Assembly (NCBI RefSeq): GCF_003945235.1
Contig: NZ_RSDW01000001.1
Location: forward strand, 6,060,001-6,092,000
DNA length: 32,000 nt
Source: Edaphobacter aggregans
Lineage (GTDB): Bacteria > Acidobacteriota > Terriglobia > Terriglobales > Acidobacteriaceae
Direction of reading: 5' to 3'
In this document: one piece after another, positions 1 through 9,800 of the stretch
How the letters are laid out: every line of letters starts with the position of its first letter
How positions within the stretch are numbered: the stretch's first letter is position 1
The notes under the pieces: generated by a model
Seen by the model: only the letters and a program-made list of their open reading frames with translations
The model's database searches: none
What the model was told of the DNA's origin: nothing
Made by a program: the position numbers and the translations under genes

Positions 1-1
1 C

Positions 2-3000
2 CACCCGGCGGGCATCGCGCTGGATGGCGGCAACAGTCTGTACGTGGTGGATAGCGGCGCCAATACGGTTACAGCGATCCAGGGCGCCAATTTGTCATCA
101 AGTGTGCTCGTAGCCGCGACTGCCACCTTTGGCGGCACTGCGCTCAGCGGACCGAAAGGCATCGCCCTCGACGGTTATGCCAATGTGTATATTGCAGACA
201 CCGGCAACAACCGCATTGTGATGGCGCACCAGTTTGGTGCCACTGCAACGGACAACGTCGTATACATCCCCAGCACCACAATCTTTGGCGGCACTGCGCT
301 CAGTGGGCCAACCGGACTAGCGGCCGATAGTGCGGGCGATCTGTTTATCGCCGATACCGGCAACAACCGCATCGTCGAGTACACGGCGCTCGGAGTAGCA
401 TCCGTCGTAAACACGGGATCGCTCACGTTGAATGCTCCGACCGGTATAACCGTTTATCCCTCTGGTGCTCTGGTGGTTACCGATACGGCTAACGGCGTAT
501 CGCTGCTCAACGGCGCTTCGAGCCAGGTGCTTTCGTTCGGATCCACCTATACGACTACCGGCGCGAAGGGCGTAGCACTGGATCTTACCGGAAACATCTA
601 TCTCTCCCTCTCCAACACGACCGGCGATCAGGTGCTGGAACTAAACGTAACATCTCCTCTGTCACTGAACTTTGCCAGCACGACCGAAGGACAATCCAGC
701 GCACCGGCGACAACACAGGTCTTCAACTCAGGAAACTCGTCACTGGTTCTCTCTACCCTCACTACCAGCAACGGGAACTACACAATCGAACCAAGCAGTA
801 CCTGCACGTCCACCTCGACGGTCACGGTCGGCAACTCTTGCAATCTGCTGACGGCCTTTACACCGCAGACCACGGCAACTCCGGGGACACTGACGGGATC
901 GCTGACCCTGACGGACAACCAGGCTGGGTACACACTGGTAACGACCACCTCGAATGAGACCGCGACCTTCGCCTCCACGGGCACGCAGGCGCTTAATCTC
1001 ACCGGCACGGCCGTAGCTGCGATCATTGGAGCGACACCGCAGACCATTACCTTCCCCGCACCTGCATCGCCGGTGGCTTACGGAGTTGGTCCTATCACGT
1101 TATCGGCCACCGCAAGTTCCGGGCTGCCGGTGACCTTCAGCGTCCTCTCCGGGCCGGGAACGGTTAGCGGCAACATCCTGACTATTACGGGTACGGGAAC
1201 GATTGTTGTTGCTGCAGATCAGGCAGGTAACGCCACTTACGCAGCGGCGACCGAAGTCGCGCAGAGCATTGTGGTCAATCTGGCGACTCCGACGTCAAAG
1301 CCTGCATTCGTTTTGAGCCAACTCTCCTGGCTTGGGAAGCTTCCTACCGGTGGATTTCTTGCCGGAGGAAGCCCGTCGGGTGGGAGTTTCGCAGTAAATC
1401 AGAACGGTGACGTCCTCGTAACCAATACTTATGGCAATTCCGTTTACTTGTTCAATGGGCAGACAGGCGCTGTCACCACCCTGTCATCGAATTTCACTAA
1501 CGTAGCCGCAGTCACGGTTGACAGCCAGAACAATCTTTACATTTCGCAGATGTATGGCTCGAACATCTACAAGATTCCTTACGTCAATGGAAGTTACGCT
1601 GCGGTAACACTTCCAACCTCGTCTCCGTATCCGCCATATTGCACAGGGACCGACACAGCGGAGTGCCAGTTTATCCAAGCGGGCAGTTCCAACGTCAAAG
1701 CCATGGCGTTCGATGCTTCGGGCAATTTCTTTATGGCCACTACGCCGTCGAGCTCAGGGGCATCTGCCATCTACGAGTGCCCTGCTTCATGCCAACCCAA
1801 TCCTGGGGCTACGTCAACGCTGATCTACTCCGACGTGAACGCGGTCGGTTCTATTGCCATCGATCCCTGGGGCAACTTGTTCTTCACGGATGCGGCCTTC
1901 AATAGCAGTGGACCCTCCGGCCAGGCCAGCACCAATTCAGCTCTCAACGAGCTTACTTACACTGCTGGAACAGGCTTTGCATCGACTCCGATTCAACTGG
2001 CGAACTACACCGTCCCTACGGCTTCGGTTAGCCAGTACGACGACACCCTGGGAGCTCTGGGAGTGGATGCAAACGGCACGGTATATTATGCGACCCAATA
2101 CAATACCAGCGGGATAAGAGCCCTTCCTAACAATCATGGAGTGGTCGACACCACCAACGTATACGGGGTCGCGACTCAGGGCGCAAAGCTCCTGACTCTG
2201 GATGCCAAGGGCAATATCTATATTGGCGCCAACAACAGTGGAGATTCAATCGGCAAGATTCTGCTGAACAATCTGGTTGCTCCAGCAGCAACGCTCGGGA
2301 CTTCGACAACAGCAACCAACGTAACAGTGATGGACAATTACGCAGGTTGCTCCAGCTCACCCACCCTAGCCTTCGGTGCGACGGAGGGCGGCGTTGCAAC
2401 GTCTGAGTTCACCGCCGTTACAACCGGCACTTGCGCGGGGCAGGCAAGCGGTTCTGATTTTGCCGCGACAATCACATTTGCGCCAACCGCAATAGGCACT
2501 CGAAGTGCGGTGTTGACCGTGGCAGACACGACAAACGGCGGCGTCGGGACAGCAACGGTTACAGGCGTCGGCAAAGCGGTTCCGACGACTCCACAGACGA
2601 TCACCTTCACAGCGCCTGCCACACCGATCGTCTACAGCACAACGCCGATCGTACTGTCAGCGACTGCGAGCTCCAACCTGCCTGTGACGTTCAGTGTTCT
2701 CTCCGGCCCAGGCACTATCAGCGGCAATACCCTGACGATTACAGGTGTAGGCACGGTGGTAGTTGCCGCGGACCAGGCAGGCAATACTACTTATTCGGTA
2801 GCGACCGAGGTTACACAGAGCATCGTGGTTACACAGGCGTCGCAGACGGTCGCCTTCACAGCGCCCACCACGCCGATTAGTTATACCTCGACGCCAATCA
2901 CGCTGTCGGCGACCGCGAGCTCAGGCTTGTCGGTGGCTTTCAGCGTCGTCTCCGGCCCAGCTACCGTCAGCGGCAACAGCCTCACGATTTCAGGTGTAGG

Positions 3001-4069
3001 CACAGTGGTCGTTGCCGCGAATCAGGCAGGCAATGCCAACTATACTGCGGCGTCCCAGGTAACGCAGAGCATCGTTGTTAACCAGGCGTCGCAAGCCATC
3101 AGCTTCACGGCGCCCTCTACTCCGGCCACCTACAGCGCCGCACCAATCACGCTGTCGGCGACTGCGAGTTCAGGGCTGTCGGTAGTGTTCAGCGTCGTTT
3201 CTGGTCCAGCAACCGTCAGTGGTAATGCTCTGACGCTTACCGGTACGGGAACGGTGGTTGTATCGGCGAATCAGTCGGGCAGTGCCAACTATGCTGCGGC
3301 GTCGCAGGTGACACACAGCATTGTTGTCAACTTGATCGGAGCAGCAGCAACCCCTGTTTTTACCCCCGCGGGTGGCAGTTATACTGCGGTGCAATCCGTG
3401 GCCATTACCGACGCGACGGCGGGATCGGTGATCTACTACACCACGGACGGAACCACACCATCAGCCAGCTCAACCGTCTACAGTGGCCCGATTTCAGTGA
3501 CGGCTACTAAGACGATCCAAGCTATTGCTGTAGCCACAGGCTATAACACCAGCTCTGTTGCTTCGGCTACCTACACCCTTAACCTGGTTCCGCCGAGCTT
3601 CACCATTGCGATCAATCCAGCATCCCTTACTATCCCCTCCGGTTCGCAGCAGGGAGCGGTCAGCCTGACGGTGACACCGCAGAATGGCTTCAACGCTGCT
3701 GTTACGTTTGCATGCTCGGGTCTGCCCACGGGCGCCTCGTGCTCCTTCACCCCATCAACCGTGACACCAACGGCCGGCGCATCGACCACCGCATTTTCAA
3801 TCTCCGTTCCTGCGTCGTCTGCGGCGGTTCGCTACAACTCCAGTCCGCTGTTGCCTGGCACAACCCTTGCGCTCGCACTCTGCTTCTTCGGATGGAGGAA
3901 GCGGCGCGGCGTGCAAATCCTGTTTGTACTTGCGATAAGCGTATTCGGTTTCAGCATGCTCTTCGGGTGCAGCACATCCACCAAGCAATCCTCAACGTCG
4001 TCAGTGACTGTAACAGCCACATCAGGCTCCATACAGCAAACTGCCAGGTTGTCACTCACGATCCAATAA
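2..4069 (+). CDS. Giant secreted NHL-repeat beta-propeller / Ig-like-repeat protein with a chitobiase-type C-terminal (CHB_HEX_C-like) domain; the 5' end lies outside the window
   Basis: The frame is open from nt 2: HPAGIALDGGNSLYVVDSGAN continues an NHL blade upstream of the listed GTG at 44. Blades of type P.GIA.D..GN.YIAD.GNNRIV recur, and a second six-blade propeller sits at about aa 430-740. There are four 83-aa Ig-like repeats and a YYTTDGTTPSASSTVYSGPISV motif. The C-terminus carries a hydrophobic helix, RKRR, a second helix ending in GC, and a tail. Confidence 0.85.
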   Translation, partial: HPAGIALDGGNSLYVVDSGANTVTAIQGANLSSSVLVAATATFGGTALSGPKGIALDGYANVYIADTGNNRIVMAHQFGATATDNVVYIPSTTIFGGTALSGPTGLAADSAGDLFIADTGNNRIVEYTALGVASVVNTGSLTLNAPTGITVYPSGALVVTDTANGVSLLNGASSQVLSFGSTYTTTGAKGVALDLTGNIYLSLSNTTGDQVLELNVTSPLSLNFASTTEGQSSAPATTQVFNSGNSSLVLSTLTTSNGNYTIEPSSTCTSTSTVTVGNSCNLLTAFTPQTTATPGTLTGSLTLTDNQAGYTLVTTTSNETATFASTGTQALNLTGTAVAAIIGATPQTITFPAPASPVAYGVGPITLSATASSGLPVTFSVLSGPGTVSGNILTITGTGTIVVAADQAGNATYAAATEVAQSIVVNLATPTSKPAFVLSQLSWLGKLPTGGFLAGGSPSGGSFAVNQNGDVLVTNTYGNSVYLFNGQTGAVTTLSSNFTNVAAVTVDSQNNLYISQMYGSNIYKIPYVNGSYAAVTLPTSSPYPPYCTGTDTAECQFIQAGSSNVKAMAFDASGNFFMATTPSSSGASAIYECPASCQPNPGATSTLIYSDVNAVGSIAIDPWGNLFFTDAAFNSSGPSGQASTNSALNELTYTAGTGFASTPIQLANYTVPTASVSQYDDTLGALGVDANGTVYYATQYNTSGIRALPNNHGVVDTTNVYGVATQGAKLLTLDAKGNIYIGANNSGDSIGKILLNNLVAPAATLGTSTTATNVTVMDNYAGCSSSPTLAFGATEGGVATSEFTAVTTGTCAGQASGSDFAATITFAPTAIGTRSAVLTVADTTNGGVGTATVTGVGKAVPTTPQTITFTAPATPIVYSTTPIVLSATASSNLPVTFSVLSGPGTISGNTLTITGVGTVVVAADQAGNTTYSVATEVTQSIVVTQASQTVAFTAPTTPISYTSTPITLSATASSGLSVAFSVVSGPATVSGNSLTISGVGTVVVAANQAGNANYTAASQVTQSIVVNQASQAISFTAPSTPATYSAAPITLSATASSGLSVVFSVVSGPATVSGNALTLTGTGTVVVSANQSGSANYAAASQVTHSIVVNLIGAAATPVFTPAGGSYTAVQSVAITDATAGSVIYYTTDGTTPSASSTVYSGPISVTATKTIQAIAVATGYNTSSVASATYTLNLVPPSFTIAINPASLTIPSGSQQGAVSLTVTPQNGFNAAVTFACSGLPTGASCSFTPSTVTPTAGASTTAFSISVPASSAAVRYNSSPLLPGTTLALALCFFGWRKRRGVQILFVLAISVFGFSMLFGCSTSTKQSSTSSVTVTATSGSIQQTARLSLTIQ
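1034..1282. repeat. Dispersed copy of the 249-bp Ig-like repeat unit (intragenic)
   Basis: It encodes TPQTITFPAPASPVAYGVGPITLSATASSGLPVTFSVLSGPGTVSGNILTITGTGTIVVAADQAGNATYAAATEVAQSIVVN. This is collinear with the three tandem units at 2588-3334. Confidence 0.75.
2588..3334. repeat. Intragenic tandem repeat, 3 x 249 bp (83-codon Ig-like units)
   Basis: Units start at 2588, 2837 and 3086. Each encodes ..Q.I.F.AP..P..Y...PI.LSATASS.L.V.FSV.SGP.T.SGN.LT..G.GT.VV.A.Q.GN..Y.....V.QSIVV. The copies are clearly diverged at nucleotide level, so these are old duplications. Confidence 0.85.
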
Positions 4070-4091
4070 CTCTTGTAATAGATGTACCCGG

Positions 4092-4135
4092 CCGTTGAGG
4101 TCTCTTAGAAGAGACCTCAACGGGCCAGCACTTTT
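4092..4135 (+). terminator. Hairpin terminator candidate after the first giant gene
   Basis: A perfect inverted repeat CCGTTGAGGTCTCTT / AAGAGACCTCAACGG (4092-4106 / 4109-4123) begins 23 nt after the stop. A TTTT run at 4132-4135 is separated from the stem by 8 nt, so the structure is not fully canonical. Confidence 0.55.
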
Positions 4136-6052
4136 ATGAAAATGTTCTGCCGATCATCGCTCCGTATTAATACAAACGTCTCCGCCATCTTACTGCTCGC
4201 GCTGCTGACGGGAGGTGTCCTTAGCGCCCAGGAGACACCTCAACAAGCGATCCCTACAGGAACGACGCAGAATGATCACCCCGCATATACGCTGCATACG
4301 AGCACGAATCTTGTCATTCTTGATGTCGTTGTGTCGAGCCCCAACGGTCATCCCGTGCACGATCTCCAGGCGAAGGACTTTGTAGTAAGCGAGGATGGAA
4401 GGCCTCAGCAGGTTCGTAACTTTCAGCAGCACGCTATGCCGGTTACAGGCCACGATGATTCGATGGCTCCGCCAAAACTGGCACCGGGGCTGTTCACCAA
4501 CTTCACAACCTCCCATGGAGACGGGCCGGCGAATGTTCTTTTGTTGGATATGTTGAACACGCCGCTGCGCGATCAAACCTATGCGCGGCAACAGATTCAG
4601 GACTATCTGAACCATGCTCCAGATGGAACGCAGGTCGCGATCTTTGGACTCTCCAACCGTCTTGCCATCCTGCAGGGTTTTACTTCTGATACGAGACTTT
4701 TGAAGGCCGCGCTGTCTCGCAAGAACGCCACGAAAGGCTCGTCTTTGCTCAACGACCCGTTAGGCGGAGGAACGGGCGGGGGGCCAGGCGAAAGCAGTGT
4801 ATCCGATGCGCTCGCTGACATGGGGACAACTCCCGATATCCTTGAGGCTGTTGCAAACGCCCAGCAGTTCGAAGCTGAGTCCGAGACGTACCAATTTCAG
4901 CAGCGCGCGCAGATCACCCTCGATGCCCTGAACGAATTAGCCCGTTACCTGGCGAATATTCCGGGGCGCAAAAACCTGATCTGGTTTTCTGGGTCGCTGC
5001 CGATTAATATTCTGCCCAACGGCAACACGAACAATGGCTTTGCCAGTATGGGCAACTGGGAGGCGGAGTTTCGGGAGACGACTGACCTGCTCGTTCGCAG
5101 TCAGGTTTCTCTCTATCCCATCGATTCGCGCGGGTTGACGAACTCCAGCGTTTATAGTGCGGCAGGTTCAGGCCGAAAATACGCGCGGGACCCGACGATT
5201 GCCGGCAAGGACGAAGCGAAGTTTGACGCGCAAAGGGCAGGGGAAAATGACACCATGCTACAGACCGCGCACGACACAGGAGGCCGTGCGTTTATCAATA
5301 CCAACGGTCTCAGCGCCGCAGTCGCGGAAGCCATCGAACACGGCTCTAGTTATTACACCCTGACCTACCTGCCCGCGAACAAAAATTGGGACGGACTCTA
5401 TCGCAAGATCGAGGTCGCGGTGCCGGGAAAGAACTATACCCTCTCCTACCGCCGAGGTTACTATGCAGACGACCCCAGTACTCCTGCCTCACTCTCAAGT
5501 CATGGGGTTGCTGCGATGCCTGAAGATGCCGCAGCCAAGAGTCTGATTACCCGGACGATGGTGCGTGGCTCACCGGTGCCTACGCAGATCATCTTCACTG
5601 TGCGAGTACGGCCCGAGACTGGGACAGCGGAAAGTGAGGCATTGGCCGGGAACGAACTCGCCGCTGCAAATCCGGAGGCGCGACCGCCCTTCACTCACTA
5701 TGCCGTCGACTTCGCTCTTAATGCGCGAGACATCTCCTTTTCGCAATCCAACGGACTTTTGCATGGAGCCTTCGAGTTCGTCATCTTTGTCTACGACGCA
5801 AATGGAGCGCTGGTGAACCGTGTTGGTTCTACTCTCCATGCTGATTTGAAACCGGCGGTTTATATGGACTTCCTGCATCACCCTCTCTCGTATAACCAGG
5901 ACATCAGCGTACCGCGCAAGGGTGACTATTTTCTGCGTGTCGCCGTACATGACCTGAATAGCGACCGGGTCGGCGCCGTTGAAGTTCCCGTAGATTCAGT
6001 CAAAAATCTTCCACCACTTTCTGCGGATACCTCTCCGCCTTCTGGCAGGTGA
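4136..6052 (+). CDS. Secreted VWA-domain protein of the acidobacterial VWFA-related type (TIGR03436-like)
   Basis: It has a signal peptide (ILLLALLTGGVLSAQE). The N-terminal module TSTNLVILDVVVSSPNGHPVHDLQAKDFVVSEDGRPQQVRNF is typical of this family. The VWA core shows NVLLLDMLNT...VAIFGLSN...NLIWFSGS...SLYPIDSRGL...GGRAF. The tail reads SYYTLTYLP..YRKIEV. Confidence 0.85.
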   Translation: MKMFCRSSLRINTNVSAILLLALLTGGVLSAQETPQQAIPTGTTQNDHPAYTLHTSTNLVILDVVVSSPNGHPVHDLQAKDFVVSEDGRPQQVRNFQQHAMPVTGHDDSMAPPKLAPGLFTNFTTSHGDGPANVLLLDMLNTPLRDQTYARQQIQDYLNHAPDGTQVAIFGLSNRLAILQGFTSDTRLLKAALSRKNATKGSSLLNDPLGGGTGGGPGESSVSDALADMGTTPDILEAVANAQQFEAESETYQFQQRAQITLDALNELARYLANIPGRKNLIWFSGSLPINILPNGNTNNGFASMGNWEAEFRETTDLLVRSQVSLYPIDSRGLTNSSVYSAAGSGRKYARDPTIAGKDEAKFDAQRAGENDTMLQTAHDTGGRAFINTNGLSAAVAEAIEHGSSYYTLTYLPANKNWDGLYRKIEVAVPGKNYTLSYRRGYYADDPSTPASLSSHGVAAMPEDAAAKSLITRTMVRGSPVPTQIIFTVRVRPETGTAESEALAGNELAAANPEARPPFTHYAVDFALNARDISFSQSNGLLHGAFEFVIFVYDANGALVNRVGSTLHADLKPAVYMDFLHHPLSYNQDISVPRKGDYFLRVAVHDLNSDRVGAVEVPVDSVKNLPPLSADTSPPSGR

Positions 6053-6601
6053 TTGATTGTCGTCATTTGGGGAGGAAGCTATTGAGTGCGTTCGGTGAGA
6101 GGCTCATTTCATAAATAATGTCGAGTAACAAAATAAATCCATATTTTCGTAACTTTCTATGTGATTCCATGTTTCACTTCCCGATACGTGTCCTGGTCTG
6201 CCAACTGGTTAAGAGCTCCTTTAGGGAGCTTTACGAGGCTGTCTCTACGGCCTGGCATAAGCATGACTGCAATGATCGTTCGTGTGATCTCAGATGCTTG
6301 CTTTTACCGCCCTCTGACGCGTATGGCTCATCTGGCGGATTTCGACCTTCCGCGCCGATATTGGCCAATCCGCTGCCTATATGTGCAGATCTGCCTTCGA
6401 AGAAAATGAAAATTTATTCCTCCTGCACAGTTCCCGATTCGTTCCTTCCCGAGGCACGCGATGGTGCTCGTCTCGATGATGATCATTCCGAATCTGTCGA
6501 TACCGTCCCCCATTTTGTCGACATCAGAGACGAGAATTTAGCCCTGAACAAGGCTTATGTCAGGAACCGTTTCGGTTTTACCAAGGAGCTCAAAAATATA
6601 T

Positions 6602-6631
6602 TTGACAGACGTAAGTGCATAACCCTATATT
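6602..6631 (+). promoter_or_regulatory. Sigma70-like promoter candidate upstream of the second giant gene
   Basis: TTGACA (6602-6607) is followed by an 18-nt spacer and TATATT (6626-6631), inside the AT-rich gap about 190 nt upstream of the ATG at 6819. This is a motif match only. Confidence 0.2.
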
Positions 6632-6818
6632 TCGAGTCGCGATTTAAATTAAAAAGCACTCAAAGTCAGCTTTGACCGTTCGGATGTGAGCCCGATTCGG
6701 CATTGCGCACTAGACCCTTGCTTTCTCGCCGGAGACGGCGATGGAGGCACTTACTAATGAACGCGAAGTTTTAGATCTCTCAGTCTGACAGCCTCAAAAT
6801 TTTGGAGTCGATCAAATT

Positions 6819-9800
6819 ATGGAACCATCCGGCATCACACCAAGCCATCCTGTGCCCCACGAAGAAAGAACGTCTTTTGCCGCTCTTGGAGTATTCGCTT
6901 TTATTGCGGCAATGCTTGTGCTGTGCGGCTCGGTTTCAGCCAGGGCGCAGACCATTCCGGGTGCTGTGGTTTACCAGGCAAAGATGCTGGTCAACATCAA
7001 TGGCAACGCTGGTCACCTTGCGGCGAACAATCTTGGCGATGCGTTCTATGTGAGCCAGACTGACAACGTAGCTTACTGGTTGCCTCGTGGAACCACGACT
7101 CCTGTTTCGTTGGTTACGGGTCTCAGCGGCGGCCGGTCTGTGACTGTCGATGCATTCAATAATGTGTACGTCTCCAGCAATTACAGCGGACGCGTTATCG
7201 AGGTGCCCTATGTGAACGGCACCTACGCCACAGGCACGGCGAACAGCAGCGGTTTGCCCAACTGTACCGGAGCTCCTACGGGACCGTGTTTGGCCTTTGG
7301 CAACGGTGGGGGGCCAACCGGAGGTTATCTGCAGACGGGCGATATCGGCTTCGATCGGCCGACAACGGGTGCGCCAAACGCATATGTAATTGATGAGCGC
7401 GACAACGTCTGTAACCAGGGCAGTGCCGCAACGACCTGCAACAGGATCCTGAAGTTCACTCCGGCGGGCAGCGGTGCGTATACCGCCACCGTTGTCGTTA
7501 CGGGACTGCCTCAAACGAACAATGGGCAGATAGCGGTGGGTCCGAATGGCGACATCTATTACGCGGACGGAAGCAAAGTCTATTACATAGCTGCTGGCAC
7601 TACCTCAGCAGTCACCATCGGCACAGGGTTAACCAATCCTACTGGCGTAACGACCGACTACTACGGCAACCTCTATATCACCAACGCCTCGACGCCGAAT
7701 GCCATTCTCGAAATGCCTGCAGTGAACGGTGTAGCACAGCCGAATCAGCAATTCACTTTTCTGAGCACCTATTCGGCTAACGGCATCGCATTCGATGGCC
7801 TCGGTGACGTTTACTATACGGGCTATTCGGGCCAGACCAATCTGAACGTAGCCAAGATCAATGCGTTTAGTCTCGGATCGGCTGCGATCGGCACACCAGT
7901 TTCTGCGTCAGTTACGACGCTCACGGTGCAATTCAACACTTCCGTCAACGTTGCTGCGATCACTCCTTCCGGTGCTGCGGGCTTCTCCTATGTAGCTGGA
8001 ACCTGCACTCCGGGCGCATATACCGCAGGGAATACCTGCAATTTCAATGTGAACTACACCCCCACCGCCGCTGGGTTGCAGAAGGGGGCCGTAAATTTCA
8101 CTACCGCTACTGGCTCTAATATCGTCGTCGCGTCTCTTTCCGGCACCGGCATGGGCGTTGTACAGACCAGCGATCCCGGCACGATAAGCACGATCGGTAG
8201 CGGCCTCTTGAATCCTCAGGGGATCGCCGTCGATAGCGCGCAGAATGTTTACATCGCGGATGCAGCAGCTAATGCCGTATTCATGTATCCCGCAGGATCC
8301 AGCACTGGAACTTCAATTGGCTCGGGCCTCGTTGGGCCGACGTCTGTTGCACTCGATAATTCCGGAAATCTGTACATTGCAGATTCCGGTAACGGGCGCG
8401 TTGTACAGGTTCCTAATATTGCAGGTACGCTCACGACAAGCGCGCAAACCGTAATCATGAGCGGCCTCGGCACCGCGCTCGGCATCGCGACCGATCAGAA
8501 CAGCAACCTGTATATCGCAGATAGCACCAACAACGAAGTGCTGCAACTTGGCGCGGTAGCAGGGATTCCCAGTTCCAGTGCGACCAGGCAGATGGGCTTA
8601 TCCTCGACTACTTATAAGTCCATCTTTACTGCTCCTATCGCTGTGACAACCGATGGCGGCGGCAACCTGTTCGTCGCGGACACTTTAGCGAATACGGTGA
8701 CGGAGATTACTTATTATGGCCAGCAGACCCTAAACATCGGTACGGGGTATTCACACCCATCGGGCCTGGCTACTGATGCTTCCGGCAGCCTCTATGTTGC
8801 TGACAGCGGTAATGGCCTTTTGCTCAAGATTCCTTTTGAGTCGCCGATTTTCAACACCAATGATGAATATGTGGTCGGTGGCGCAATCATCGCACCTTAC
8901 GGTGTTGCGCTTGACCGCTTAGCCAATCTATACGTGGTGGACAGCGCGAACGCGGGCGCCTATGCGATCAACCGCGCGCAGGGCACGTTGCCATTAGGTC
9001 GCGGGAACATCAATGCGACGACCTCACAACTGAAGGGCTATATCGGCAACGCCGGTAATCAGCCGCTGATACTGGGTAATCCTGGCTACGTCGCAACAGG
9101 CGATACCACGGTGTTTACGATAACCTCGCCGCCGACTACCGGATGCGTGAACTCTGCCACAATCACCTCAGGTTTTGCCTGTTCTCTGTCCGCGAGCTTC
9201 AGCCCGACCGTGGTTGGCAACTACAGTGAGTTGTTGTCGTTCACGAGCAATGCCTCCAACACGGCCACTCCCAGCCTGACGCTGACCGGTACTGGTCTGA
9301 ACCAATCCGTTACCACCATCGCTCTGGCGCAAACGAGTCCGTCCGGTACAGCGCCTTTCGGTCAGGCCGTCACCATCACTGCGACGATCAGTTCCACCAA
9401 GGCGGGTACACCTACCGGCGCTGTGGCGTTCTCCATCGATGGCGGACAGGCTAAGAATGTCCAACTGAGCGGCAATACAGCTCATATTACGCTGACTAAT
9501 CTCACTGGCGGCAGTCACGTGATCTCCGCGAGCTACTCAGGAGATCTCCTGTTTGCCCCCAGCAACACTGTTCTCACTGTCGTGGTTGCCCAGGCAAGCA
9601 GCACGACGGTCATGACCACTACCGGCGGCAATCATAATCCGGATAGCGCTCGACCCGGAACGGCGTTGACGCTGATCGGCACGATTACGCCGGGAGCAAG
9701 CACGGTGCCGACCGGACAAGTCACATTCACGTTGAATGGCAAAGCATTGGCAGCTCCGGCTACGGTTGCGCCAGTCACCACAGTTACCGCTGGAGTGACT

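Noticed and set aside
2588-3334. Tandem repeats as a CRISPR array or DGR variable/template repeat pair
   Set aside because: The units are 249 bp, in-frame and protein-coding with no spacers. No reverse transcriptase or cas gene is nearby, and the differences between units are not adenine-specific.
6118-6675. 185-aa ORF in the AT-rich gap
   Set aside because: It has no SD and an odd Cys/Arg/Phe-rich composition. It has no recognisable domain, and its G+C is far below that of the real genes here. I treat the region as non-coding (see the finding).
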